A stretch of 64,000 bases of DNA from the NCBI GenBank assembly GCA_965203295.1, contig CBDBCZ010000019.1, forward strand, positions 352,001 through 416,000. The letters are read 5' to 3'. The translations under genes were made by a program, and so were the position numbers. The notes beneath the pieces are model-generated. The model ran no database searches. It was not told the DNA's origin and saw only the letters and a program-made list of their open reading frames with translations. Source of the stretch: Nitrospirales bacterium. Lineage in GTDB: Bacteria; Nitrospirota; Nitrospiria; Nitrospirales; UBA8639. Below, in pieces: positions 1 to 10,573 of the stretch (within the stretch, counting starts at the first letter, position 1; each line of letters opens with the position of its first letter).

Positions 1-2
1 TG

Positions 3-238
3 GGGCTGGGAAGACATACTGCAAAAATCGTTGCCTCCCTCTCCATCCCGAATCGATTAGGGTCAAGTTTGCTCAGCAAAGTTCTGATGCAGTTGGCGAG
101 GCCGCTGTTGCGACGGTAAGAAACCAAGAAATTCGCTTAGAACGTGATGCGAAGACGAAAGCCATTTCGGAACGGTTACAGCTCGACTGGACCGAACAAG
201 ATAAAGCATATCAAGAAGGCCAAAAGCAGCGAAAATAA
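3..238 (+). CDS. 3' end of an unidentified ORF running in from the window edge
   Basis: Frame 3 is open from base 3 to TAA at 236-238 (…RLERDAKTKAISERLQLDWTEQDKAYQEGQKQRK*); no motif recognised. Confidence 0.3.
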   Translation, partial: AGKTYCKNRCLPLHPESIRVKFAQQSSDAVGEAAVATVRNQEIRLERDAKTKAISERLQLDWTEQDKAYQEGQKQRK

Positions 239-683
239 ATCAGATACTGGGACATTTCTGCTTTGATGAGAGTCATGTAGTCTCGGTGACTGGTGACGTT
301 GTCGCTTTGCACGTCGCCTTGCGGTTTGATGCTTCATCACGATGAAGTCTCTCTTTGCTTTGCTCCCAGTTCGAATCAAAGATTGGCTCAACCCCCCACA
401 TTGAATCGCCTCTTTTACACGACCCCTCCTTTCAACCAAGAGAATCCAGGTCCATAAAAACCGGTGAATGAACATAATCGGTCGTATGAAGCACCAGTCA
501 GCCGAGAGTGTTAAAGATATATGCCCTCATTCTTGGTAAACCCATTCAGCGTAGAAGGTAAGGCAGGACCAACGAGGTCGAATCACCTATACCTAGGAGA
601 TGATGTGGTTCATTATAAGGATTCTTGTTCCACATTTGGCAGCTGAAGTATGATTGCGCTCAGAATTCAAAAAAGGAGTCAAT

Positions 684-1452
684 ATGGAAAAGCAAAAGAA
701 AACTCGATCGGAGAAAGATTCATCTATAGACCATGTTATCGAACAATTGCGAGGACAGCTTGACACCCTCAAGAATTTCCTTGGTGTACAACCTTCAGGT
801 TCAACCCTGGTGGACTTTGACATCGCAACAGAAGAATTGATCAGCGAAGTATTTGGAAGCGCTTCTCCAATGGTCGATGCGTATGAGTATGCCCAAATAG
901 GGGAAGCCGCAGGAATGGTCAATTTGCCTGAAGCTGCGCCAGAATCCGTCACGCATGCTACGGAACAAGCAAGTCTGCGGCAACGCCTGCGAGTACTGGA
1001 AATGTGCATTGGAGAACTTGAAACTCGCCGGGCCGCTATGGCCAAAGGGAAACGGATCACCACTGAGACTGGTCCACGAGTCGCTGATTACATGTCACGA
1101 GCGGTCCACTGTGTTCATGTGGACTCGACGTTGAAAGAAGCGGCTTTTCTCCTAGAAAAAGAGAAGGTCGGGTCGTTGCTGGTCAAAGGCGTTGACAATT
1201 TCATCGGGAGCATTACCGCGACGGAATTGAGCCAAGAGGTGGTAGCAGGTGGAGTGGACCCCAACACCACAAGAGTCAAGACTTGCATGCGCGAGCCCAT
1301 CATCACGATTGAAAGTAGTGATCCGATCCGTGGAAGCCGTACGACTCATGAAAGAGAAAGGCACGCGTCATTTGGCGGTTTCGGAAAGTGGCCATACCGT
1401 GGGCATTATCTCGGTTTCGGATATTTTGCGATATTATTCAGGTGTTATCTAA
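684..1452 (+). pseudogene. CBS-pair protein with N-terminal helical domain, frameshifted
   Basis: AAGGAG RBS before ATG 684; close paralog of intact 23761..24528; +1 frameshift near 1329, after which the C-terminus VEAVRLMKEKG…DILRYYSGVI continues in ORF 1249..1452. Confidence 0.8.
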
Positions 1453-1953
1453 AGCTGTTCCTCGATTATCACTTCGCAATTTCCAGCTGTTCATCCCGTG
1501 GACGATGGTGGGAATGAATTGTTTTCATATCCTGGTTTGATAGAGACGTAAAACCTTGAATTGTACCTTTCAGACAGTATCTGGTGAAAATTTGACCCTG
1601 GGGGCTTCCGGTCATGACCTCCCTCTGTCATTCTCGTGGAAACGAGAATCTAGGCCTTACTCGCATTCTTCTGGATGCCCGCCTAACCCCTACGGGCATG
1701 ACGAGTCAAGAAACTCTACTCTCCTGCCTGAACTCCCACATTCATCTGGCACTGTCCGTAATCTGAAATCCAAGTATTTGCATCCCATTAAGCCAGGCTT
1801 CACCATACCGATCAGCTTCCAACTAGGTCGACGGACGACCTTCCCACGCTCAATTATGTTGAACGATCTCCTGTCGAATCAAGACCGAGGGCTTCCTGCT
1901 ATTTCTGTGCTATAACGAGGCCGGGTGTTGGCTGCCTAGAAAAGGAGGGCACC

Positions 1954-2682
1954 ATGGATCGTGGTGAAACAGGAGACCGGCGGACGGAATGGTTTGTTCC
2001 ATCCTTTGGTCCGTTAAAGTTCAGGATCTCGATCGGGTTACTCTTTCTTCCCTATACTGGAATGGTGCTCGCGTACACGATCATCGGGTCAATGATGGCG
2101 GAGCATATCCATTGGGATCGCGTGTGCGCCATTGTCGTGATCTACTTTCTTGGGTTGGGGATCGGTGGTCATGCGCTGGATGCTCTAGGCAGCAAAGGCC
2201 TCAAACCGTGGGGAAATGTCCTATCCGATAACGGGCTTCTCATTCTCGCCATCACTTCTATAGTCAGCGCGTACATAATCGGTATCTACTACATGGTTCT
2301 CTACACCCCGCTACTCTGGCTTATCGCGATCCCAGAAGGTTTTTTCCTTCTGGCCTATAATCTGGAATGGTTTCATGGGCGTTTCCACACCGATGCCTGG
2401 TTCGGCTTGTCATGGGGAAGCCTCCCTGTTCTAGCTGGGTATATACTTCAGACCAACCAGATTTCATTTTCGGCGCTCTTGGTGGCGGCATCTATGGGGC
2501 TGTTGAGTCTCGTGGAGATCAAGGCCTCGCGTCCCTATAAGAAGATGAAGCGCGAGCTTGCTGCCAATGGGGAGACTATTGAGACAGACCAGATCCAGTG
2601 GCTTGAATCTATCCTGAAAAGTGTGAGTGTGGGCATTATTCTCCTAGGAGCTGGACTATTGGTTTGGCGTTTGAGCACATAA
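1954..2682 (+). CDS. Polytopic membrane protein, possibly UbiA-prenyltransferase-like
   Basis: RBS AAGGAGG; about 7-8 hydrophobic helices; GHALD and AYNLE…HTD motifs; no canonical NDxxD. Confidence 0.5.
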   Translation: MDRGETGDRRTEWFVPSFGPLKFRISIGLLFLPYTGMVLAYTIIGSMMAEHIHWDRVCAIVVIYFLGLGIGGHALDALGSKGLKPWGNVLSDNGLLILAITSIVSAYIIGIYYMVLYTPLLWLIAIPEGFFLLAYNLEWFHGRFHTDAWFGLSWGSLPVLAGYILQTNQISFSALLVAASMGLLSLVEIKASRPYKKMKRELAANGETIETDQIQWLESILKSVSVGIILLGAGLLVWRLST

Positions 2683-2731
2683 ATGCAGCAATCCACCCTT
2701 CCTAAAACTTGCGAATAGGACAAGAATTCGT

Positions 2732-3427
2732 CTATTTCCTGGCGGTAACAATCGCGGAGCCATAAGCAGTCAAATATTCCAATCGGATCTCAGTGAACCC
2801 ATTCTCACGGAGAGCCTCAGTCAATTCTGAAATCCATTGACTCTCCTGAATGAGATTCGGCAGACCATAAAAGATTTCACGCCAGGTGGGGAAGAAAGGA
2901 CTTCCCAGACGTTGGAGTATGTAGAAGTAAAGACGCCACAACCATACGAGGTACGCTTTCGGTGGATAGGTAAAGTCATGCATAAGAAGAAGGCCACCCG
3001 TCTTCAGCATGTCCTTGGAGGTCTGTGTAAGGCTTTTGAGATCGGCGTATTTGGCCAAGTAGGAAGAAACCACGCAGTCGAAGGGCTCGTTTGATTGGTA
3101 GTCTTCCGCTCGACTCAGGACAAACTCTACGTTGATGCGCCCCAATCGCTGGACTTTGTTTCGCGCGACGTTAAGGTATTCCTCTCGGAGCTCAACCCCC
3201 ACAACCCTACAGTTGGGATAGCGTTCAGCGAGTGCGAGGGTAGAAATGCCAGTGCCACAGGCCAAATCGAGGATTCGGGTAGCATCGGGCGGAATGAGGT
3301 GAACAATTCTGCGTTTCCAGCGGCGGTCAATGCCAAAGGTTGCGAAGTTGACCATCCAATCATACGTGGCTCCTGTCCCGGAGAAGAAGCGGTGAACTTT
3401 TGCTAATCTTGGGTCGTCAGTATCCAT
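2732..3427 (-). CDS. Class I SAM-dependent methyltransferase (UbiE/MenG-like)
   Basis: YDWMVNFATFGIDRRWKR and ILDLACGTG motifs. Confidence 0.8.
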   Translation of the reverse strand: MDTDDPRLAKVHRFFSGTGATYDWMVNFATFGIDRRWKRRIVHLIPPDATRILDLACGTGISTLALAERYPNCRVVGVELREEYLNVARNKVQRLGRINVEFVLSRAEDYQSNEPFDCVVSSYLAKYADLKSLTQTSKDMLKTGGLLLMHDFTYPPKAYLVWLWRLYFYILQRLGSPFFPTWREIFYGLPNLIQESQWISELTEALRENGFTEIRLEYLTAYGSAIVTARK

Positions 3428-3826
3428 ACGCGATGGTCGGGTGTTAGATGAGGAACTCCTGAAATCAACGAATAGGCGATCTCACTCTATCTTGGATAGC
3501 CCGATCGCCGCCTTTCAAAGGCAATGCCTGATGAACAATACGTGAGGAGGTGAACTCTTCTCAATACGTTCTCACGATCGACAATTTTGAGCTAGTTGAC
3601 TTTCATGCGCAGCTGGTTTCACCATAGGATCTACAGCTCCTCTCGGCTGTTCCTTCTATAACCAGGGTCAAATACCCTCAAGCATGAAAGGGGAAAAGGC
3701 ATGATTACGATTACTACCGTGATAGCCCGACCCCTACACGGTGATTCCTACCAGTTCGACTCGCTTTTTTGCCCCTGTCTGCTGACAGGGCCCTTCCAAA
3801 TCTGTGGTTAGGGAGGACAAGAGCTT

Positions 3827-4729
3827 ATGACTCAGAGAGAATTCAAAATTGGCTTTGTTGGAGTTGGTCGGATGGGTGCCAATATGGCTCGGCACCTTAA
3901 AGACCAAGAGTATGTGCTCACAGCGGTATATGATATCGACTTAGCCAAGTCTGAAGGACTCGCGAATGAGCTTGGATGCCATGCAGCTCAGTCACCTGCT
4001 CAGGTTGCGGAACAATCCAATACGATCATCACGGTGGTCACGGATGATGACGCCATGAGGGATATTTTCTCGGAGGGCTCCAGCTCGGGACTTCTTCAAC
4101 AGGCAACGGATCGGTTATTCATTAACTGTGCCACACTGTCTCCAGTGCTTCATGAAGAAGTGGAGGCATTGACTGAAAAACATGGAGCGCAATGTCTGGG
4201 GGTTTGTATGGCCAGCAGCATCACTCAGGCGCGCGAGGGAACTTTGTATTTGATGTGTGGAGGAAAACATGAGGCGTTTGACCAAGCAAAACCCCTGCTG
4301 GAATCACTGAGTGCTTCACTCAGATTTATTGGGTCTGCTGCTGAAGCCGCAAAGGTGAAAGCTCTTGTGAACATGGTCATGAATATCAATACCGCTGGGC
4401 TTGCGGAAGGGTTAGGTCTCGGCCAAGCCTTAGGCCTTGATTTGACCATCCTCCAAGAGGTGTTTGCTCAAACAGGTGCAGCCTCGCGTGTTTTGGAAAC
4501 GGATGGAACCGATATGCAGAATCGAGACCACGAATGCTATTTTTCAGCAGCTCATGCTGCAAAAGATTCTGGTATTGCCCTCAGCTTAGCGGAGGAAGAA
4601 GACCTGACGCTTCCGTTAGCCAAAGCGACCTTTCAGCATTATAAACAGATAGTGGAACTGGGCAAGGGCGAGTTAGATAAATCTGGAGTGGCCGAACTGA
4701 CGTTTCCAGGAAGGAGTGATCCTTTGTAG
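3827..4729 (+). CDS. NAD(P)-dependent beta-hydroxyacid dehydrogenase (3-hydroxyisobutyrate DH family)
   Basis: IGFVGVGRMGANMA Rossmann motif; KVKALVN catalytic Lys segment; KD motif. Confidence 0.85.
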   Translation: MTQREFKIGFVGVGRMGANMARHLKDQEYVLTAVYDIDLAKSEGLANELGCHAAQSPAQVAEQSNTIITVVTDDDAMRDIFSEGSSSGLLQQATDRLFINCATLSPVLHEEVEALTEKHGAQCLGVCMASSITQAREGTLYLMCGGKHEAFDQAKPLLESLSASLRFIGSAAEAAKVKALVNMVMNINTAGLAEGLGLGQALGLDLTILQEVFAQTGAASRVLETDGTDMQNRDHECYFSAAHAAKDSGIALSLAEEEDLTLPLAKATFQHYKQIVELGKGELDKSGVAELTFPGRSDPL

Positions 4730-4799
4730 AATGAGCTTTGAGGATATGAATCAAGGACTTCGCGGAGAAAGTGTAGAAAATAAGCAGTGACAGCTGGTT

Positions 4800-5660
4800 A
4801 TGAAGGTTGGGGGTAGAAAAATCGTGATTCATCGATCACGGCATATGAAGAGGAGCGGTTTAGGGAGCTCTGCACGACGTTTGCAAATAATCATGATCTT
4901 GGTCTTGATGGTATGGCCCTCGCTTCCTCCTGGCGCGGCGTTCGCTGCATCCTTATCAGAGTTAGAGGGACAGACGATTCTGCAACAGCTCAACGAACTA
5001 CGCCAAGACATTAAAGCGTTGCGCGGTGAAGTCGGGCAGCTCCGCAAGGCGGTCACCGAAATTCACCGGGCGGCTGTCTCCCCTTCTCGTACCCCTCCAC
5101 GTCAACCCGTCAAGGTCGACGTCCCCCTGGGCCAAACCCCCAGACTGGGGAATCCTGAGGCGACGGTTGGCATTGTCGAGTTCACCGATTATCAGTGCCC
5201 CTTCTGTCAACGGTTCCATGTCCAGACATTTGGGCAACTCAAAGAACAGTATATCGAAACGAAGAAGATCCAATACATAGTTCGGGATTTTCCCTTGGAC
5301 TTTCACCGTCACGCCAAAGATGCGTCGATTGCCGCCCATTGTACTGGTCAGCAGGGGGCGTACTGGGCGATGCACCATGAACTCTTCACCAATCAGCGAC
5401 GTCTCGGTCCGGATCTGTATGAGGAGCTAGCCACGACGCTCGAGCTCGACGGGCAGGAATTTCTGAGCTGCCTCAAGGCCCCTGAGCAGGCAAAGGCTGT
5501 TGAGGCTGACCTTGCGTATGGTCAGCAAATCGGAGTGCGCGGCACGCCAAACTTTTTTATCGGTCGGATCGACGATGGAAAGTTGGTTAAGGCCACACAG
5601 ATTACCGGCTCCCAACCCTTCTCAGCCTTTTCGCAAGCGATTGACTCTCTCCTGAAATAG
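4800..5660 (+). CDS. DsbA/thioredoxin-like protein with N-terminal coiled coil (true start probably 4845 or 4893)
   Basis: EFTDYQCPFC active site; RDFPL; GVRGTP cis-Pro motif. Confidence 0.85.
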   Translation: MKVGGRKIVIHRSRHMKRSGLGSSARRLQIIMILVLMVWPSLPPGAAFAASLSELEGQTILQQLNELRQDIKALRGEVGQLRKAVTEIHRAAVSPSRTPPRQPVKVDVPLGQTPRLGNPEATVGIVEFTDYQCPFCQRFHVQTFGQLKEQYIETKKIQYIVRDFPLDFHRHAKDASIAAHCTGQQGAYWAMHHELFTNQRRLGPDLYEELATTLELDGQEFLSCLKAPEQAKAVEADLAYGQQIGVRGTPNFFIGRIDDGKLVKATQITGSQPFSAFSQAIDSLLK

Positions 5661-5992
5661 ACTCACCGGGTGAGTTTCTGCAATCCCCTCTCATTCCCTT
5701 GGTAGCTACAAGGTATCGCAGATGAATATAGTCTGAAGGAAGAAGAAACGCGTCTTGAATCTTATATTTGGGAGATGAATGGCAGTGCATCAGCGGAGGA
5801 ATCGTATAGGCAAACCTCTAGACACAAAAGAACTGTTACTTTGAGAGAGTAACCCTTTATAATGTATGGAGATGGCAGCATGGGAAGTGAATAAAGTAAA
5901 GCAGTTTCTGAAAGTTCTGGCAAGGGCCGAATTGGCGGAGATGGAACAGAAGAGAATCTTACTCGGAAGGAAATGATCAGGTGGGTATACTT

Positions 5993-6625
5993 ATGAACAA
6001 ATTGAATGCAATTGTTTTCGTTTTCATTATGCTCAACTTCCTGATGGCTGGTGCAAGTTGGGCAGACTATCAGGCTGGGGAAAATGCCTACATCCGTGGC
6101 GATTACGAAATGGCCCTTCAGGAGTGGGGACCATTGGCAGCTAACGGAGATGCCGAGGCCCAAAATATGCTGGGATATATGTACCGTTACGGGCAGGGTG
6201 TGCCGCAGGATTACGCTCAAGCTCTTGAGTGGTATCGTCGGTCTGCAACGCAGGGAAATCCTACAGCCCAGAACAACCTCGGGGTTATGTACCGACACGG
6301 CTTAGGCGTACAGCAGGATTATCAGGAAGCGTTGCGGTGGTTTCGTCGTGCCGCTGATCAGGGAAATGGTGGGGCCCAGAACCACCTGGGATTAATGTAC
6401 TTCAGAGGCGAAGGTGTGCCGAAAGATTACATTTTCGCGTACATGTGGGCAACCCTTGCTGCTAAACAGGGATTGGAGCAGGCTACTCTAGGGCTAGAAA
6501 TGTTGGTGAAAGAAATGACCCCTGATCAAATTGCCGAGGCCAGACGATTGGCGAGAGAGTGGAGACCGAAGGAGGAGGTGAAAAATCATTGGGAAAGCTC
6601 CAAACCCTTGATGCGCGTGGCCTAA
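5993..6625 (+). CDS. Secreted Sel1-repeat protein
   Basis: Signal peptide; repeated AQNNLGVMY…G.GV.QDY.EA..W units. Confidence 0.9.
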   Translation: MNKLNAIVFVFIMLNFLMAGASWADYQAGENAYIRGDYEMALQEWGPLAANGDAEAQNMLGYMYRYGQGVPQDYAQALEWYRRSATQGNPTAQNNLGVMYRHGLGVQQDYQEALRWFRRAADQGNGGAQNHLGLMYFRGEGVPKDYIFAYMWATLAAKQGLEQATLGLEMLVKEMTPDQIAEARRLAREWRPKEEVKNHWESSKPLMRVA

Positions 6626-6638
6626 ACCAACTGGGAGC

Positions 6639-6685
6639 AGAGTTTCGAGTTTAAGAAGACAGTTTAAAATTTCAGGTTTAAAGTT
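6639..6685. repeat. Degenerate heptamer array (NNRGTTT)
   Basis: agagttt cgagttt … aaaattt caggttt aaagtt. Confidence 0.5.
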
Positions 6686-6692
6686 CCGCTTC

Positions 6693-6886
6693 GCCGGGTT
6701 TCGCCCCGGCAGTCGAGGTCCTTTTGTTTCGGCAAAAGGACCCAAAACCATTCCCGCCCGGGCGCAGCCCTGCGGGTCTCCTTCGTCACAGCCCCGAATC
6801 ACATGGCTGCGGAACTCGCTCCGCTCAGACAGTCCTCACCGAATTGTCGGATTCGGCGCCGTGACTCAGCTACGCGCAAAGCGGAA
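6693..6886. repeat. 194-bp structured dispersed repeat, copy A
   Basis: Highly similar to 14077..14270; contains hairpins such as ggtccttttg-tttcgg-caaaaggacc. Confidence 0.9.
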
Positions 6887-6991
6887 AAAAGGTCAGTTTT
6901 TTAAACCTTTGGTGGGAATCCATTTTTCTTAATAATTCTGCTTGCCTGCTACCACTTATAATCCAAGTTTTCCAGCTAAACCGCAAAGAAA

Positions 6992-7744
6992 CTACCTCTC
7001 CGAACAGTTCTGTTCCGCAGTCGTCATATCTTCGATAATTTTTTGGGCGGCCTCCTTCCGATTGGAAGCATACCGGATTGGACGTCCAACCACTAAATAG
7101 TCAGCGCCTGCCTGAATAGCCTCTCCTGGAGTTAGAAAACGCTTGTGTTCATCCGTTGAAGAACCTGGGGGACGAATGCCTGGGCTTACGATGAGCGCGT
7201 TCGAAAATTGCTTCCGAAGTTTTCCCACATACGGTCCTGAGGCAATGAGACCATCACACCCGTTGGTCAACGCCTGGTCAGCACGCCAAAGGACAAAGTC
7301 ATCCAGAGTTTCAAAACGTGAAGGCCCTGTGCTCGTGGGGCCAATGAGTCTAAGATCCCGTAATTCTTCCTCATCAAGACTCGAAAGAATAGGAACAAAC
7401 AGAAGCTGAGTTGGCAGATCTCCTTTTCCCTTGGCTGCCGATCTAGCCGTGACGCCATTCCCTTGGATAGTCAGGAAGTCTATTCCCTGAAGGGCGGCAG
7501 CGTTCACTGCACGACGAATAGTTTCGTCTACATCATTCATTTTTAAGTCTAGGAAAATCCGACAGCTGCGGTCTTTGATTTGCCTGAAGAAGCCCGAGTC
7601 GACTGATAGTGACAGTTCGAGCCCTACCTTGAAAAACGTCACCACCCCATCCAAATCATCAATGCATTTGATGGCTTCCTGAGGAGAGGGCACATCCAGA
7701 GCAAAGATGAGCCGTTCTGCGGGAGATGATACGATGCGATTCAT
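6992..7744 (-). CDS. pyrF: Orotidine-5'-phosphate decarboxylase
   Basis: LIFALD, FFKVG, IFLDLKMND (DxKxxD), PGIR, YLVVGRPI motifs. Confidence 0.92.
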   Translation of the reverse strand: MNRIVSSPAERLIFALDVPSPQEAIKCIDDLDGVVTFFKVGLELSLSVDSGFFRQIKDRSCRIFLDLKMNDVDETIRRAVNAAALQGIDFLTIQGNGVTARSAAKGKGDLPTQLLFVPILSSLDEEELRDLRLIGPTSTGPSRFETLDDFVLWRADQALTNGCDGLIASGPYVGKLRKQFSNALIVSPGIRPPGSSTDEHKRFLTPGEAIQAGADYLVVGRPIRYASNRKEAAQKIIEDMTTAEQNCSER

Positions 7745-7869
7745 GGGTTACAAGAAAAGAGGAGGCGAAAATTCAAACAAAATGAGAGATGAAATATACC
7801 ATGAGTCTACATGAAATTCGAATGAACGGGTAGAAAGGGTGGAATATTCTGAATTAGCAGTCAATCGAA

Positions 7870-9381
7870 AACATCATTGGTGAACCTGCGACAGCGCCTT
7901 TTCCGCCCCAGATTGCGACAAGGTCTTTTGAGGCCTACCAGCCAAGGCCTGAGCAAAGTGATGGTGTACCAGCTCGGGTTACCCCAATTCGAGGAGCACT
8001 TCACCCAAGAGCTCGTGAGAGGGCTTGATCGGAAATGGTGGGCCTACGCATAAGGCATACGGTCTTCGATGTGCGTTCCTGCCTTGAATTCCTCGAGAGC
8101 CTTCTGGGTTTTTCCTTGTGCCAACAGGATAAGTCCTTGTAATTCCTTTTCCATCACATGGCCTGCTTGTACTTGCCTGGGAGACAGACTGTTTTCCGAA
8201 GACTCCACAAGGGTTGTGAGTGTCTCCAGAGCTTCTTTTGCAAGGTCTATGTGATTGGTCTTTACGGCGCTCATCCCATTCGCGAACAGACTGCTTGTGG
8301 CTGCAGAAAATCTCAACGACTTTCTTGTACTCTCCGGTGTGTTAGTCTTCCATTCTTGAGTTTCAACGATGTACGTGGCTTGCATTGAGGCCAAATAGCC
8401 TCTGGTGGTCCGAGAATTGGTCTCTGCTGCGTCTTGCTCGACCAGGCGCACCAAGTCTTTGGCCTTTTGAAAGCGTCCAAGCTGAAGATAGGCGTATTCG
8501 AGCCAATAAAGACTGTGGTAATCACGGTGGCCCACAGAAAGCCCCTTTCGCCTGATGCTCTCTTCACTGGCTGCCCAGGAGGCCTCGTTGGCTTTCACGA
8601 CTTCTTCCAACATTCCCAAGGCCATGAAAATATGGGAAGGCATATGTTGAGCATGGGATGCTGCGGAAGCAATGGAGGCATAGACTCTGGCTGGACGAAG
8701 GCTCCAAAGGAGCATGGATAGGATCGTCATATGAATGGATCAGATAATGCACTGCACCGGGGTGGGAGGGATTTTTTTGAAGCACCGCTTCTGCAACACT
8801 GGCGGCTTTCATATACACTCGAAAATCCCGTTCACCCTGAACGGATCCTAAAATGGACAAAGCGTAAAACGCTGCAGCTTCTAGGTCCTCCGGATACTTT
8901 GGGCTAGTTCACCCATCGCCTGAGAATATGCGAGGTCTCTCGCTTCTTTGGTCCCATCACCGTAGAGAATGTCGACGGCCTGTAAGTATCGCTTTTCTCG
9001 GTCTGTCTGGGACTTGGCTTGTCTTGCTTCGGGAGTAGGGCCTAGGCGACTCAGAATATGAAGGGCTTCTTGACGATCTTACTCCTGCCAAAGGGGATGG
9101 TTTTCAGTCATCGCTTCGCCCCAGTACGCCATGGCAAATTCAGGGTCACGTTTCTGGGCTTCGAGAAATGATTCCTTGGCTTCGTCGTATTGAAAATTGT
9201 GTAACAAGAGAACTCCCTGAAGGAATTCCTCCTGAGCTTCTGGGTTTCCCGAAGTCGGGAAGTGAATGACTCCTAAGTCCCCCTTGGGTGATGAGTGGTG
9301 AGAGGATTCGTGGGAAAGAGCGAAGTCTGAAATCCCAAACACAAATAATCCCAGGAAAACGAACATAACGATAGCTTTCAT
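7870..9381 (-). pseudogene. Secreted TPR-repeat protein, fragmented
   Basis: IHFPTS…AQEEF.QG.LLLHNFQY…FAMAYWGEAM and HPGAVHYLIHSYD…HAQHMPSHIF motifs spread over ORFs 9079..9426, 8564..8860 and 8044..8730; TAA at 9079-9081 plus frameshifts. Confidence 0.8.
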
Positions 9382-9665
9382 GAACATCGATCTTTGGAAA
9401 TGTGTGGTAGTGGCGAACTCGCTCAATGAGGGAACCTTTCCAAAGGATAAATTATAGAAGGGGTTTCGGTCTCATTCAATCACATAGATACGAATGTATG
9501 TGCTATTCTTTGATATCAGTCTATATACAAGAAAGGATGCCGTGTCATCTTCATTGTCAGAAATAGGCTATTTCGATCTAAGGCAGAGTCCGACCTGCTG
9601 AGAGGTCTTTTCCTTGCAGTGATGGAATGTTTCTCCCATGTCAGTCAAAGGAAGGAGAGTTATTT

Positions 9666-10445
9666 ATGAGAAAAACAATATTCTTGTTTGTCTGTGTTTT
9701 CCTTATCCCTGTCGCAGGTCATTCAGCAGTTCAAACAACGGCCATCCCTTACACCCATGATGGGGTTCAACTTGAAGGGTACCTGGCTTGGGATGATGCC
9801 ATCAAAGGAAAACGACCTGGTGTTCTGATTGTTCATGAATGGTGGGATTTGAACGACTATGCTCGGAATAGGGCAGAACAACTCGCCCAAATGGGATATG
9901 TTGCCTTTGCCGTCGATATGTATGGAAAGGGTTCGGTGACCACGCATCCGGACCAGGCTGGCACATGGATGCGCGAGATTCAATCCAATGTGAAAACGTG
10001 GCAACAACGCGCGATTGAGGGATTGCGTATACTCCAAAAGCAAGAACTGGTAGACACGAGTCGGCTAGCCGCAATTGGGTATTGCTTTGGCGGAGCGACG
10101 GTCATGCAATTGGTCTATAGTGGAATCGACATTCAAGGCGTCGTGAGTTTTCACGGCTCGCTTCCTCTACCACGCATGCAGCGAGTGCCCCAACCCAAGA
10201 CCAAAATTTTGATTGCCCATGGCAATGCCGATCCCTTCCTATCTGAAAATCATGTCAAAAAATTCCGGTCTGCCTTGGACAAAGCAGGGTTCGATTGGCA
10301 AATGGTGATCTATGCAGGTGCTCGACACAGTTTCACGAATCCCCACGCAGGTACGTTTGGAATGGATGCCTTGAAGTATGACAAGAATGCGGACCAACGG
10401 TCTTGGAAACAGATGCAAGTCTTTTTTGACGAGATTTTTCAATAG
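9666..10445 (+). CDS. Dienelactone hydrolase family protein
   Basis: VHEWW, GYCFGG nucleophile, HGNAD, HSFT motifs; RBS GGAGAG. Confidence 0.9.
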   Translation: MRKTIFLFVCVFLIPVAGHSAVQTTAIPYTHDGVQLEGYLAWDDAIKGKRPGVLIVHEWWDLNDYARNRAEQLAQMGYVAFAVDMYGKGSVTTHPDQAGTWMREIQSNVKTWQQRAIEGLRILQKQELVDTSRLAAIGYCFGGATVMQLVYSGIDIQGVVSFHGSLPLPRMQRVPQPKTKILIAHGNADPFLSENHVKKFRSALDKAGFDWQMVIYAGARHSFTNPHAGTFGMDALKYDKNADQRSWKQMQVFFDEIFQ

Positions 10446-10573
10446 TTCCTTCCATGGGTTATTGCTGCTTGACTCAGAGTTGTGTTCTGGTTTTGGTTCT
10501 GATTCCGAAGCGGCAACCGAGTAGAATAAAAAGAACCGTTCATACTCCCTAACTGCGAGACCAACAAGAAGCA

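Noticed and set aside
1556..1915. 119-aa ORF
   Set aside because: TTG start without RBS, Pro/Ser-rich with no motif; probably intergenic or decayed DNA
5762..6298. Long antisense ORFs (for example 5762..6298, 27663..28226, 52152..52853, 22387..22929)
   Set aside because: They are shadow frames of well-supported genes on the opposite strand
4727..10445. Full reassignment of TAG to an amino acid
   Set aside because: TAG terminates apparently complete genes (4729, 5660, 10445), and TAA/TGA stops and frameshifts interrupt the same genes; only leaky readthrough is kept as a weak hypothesis
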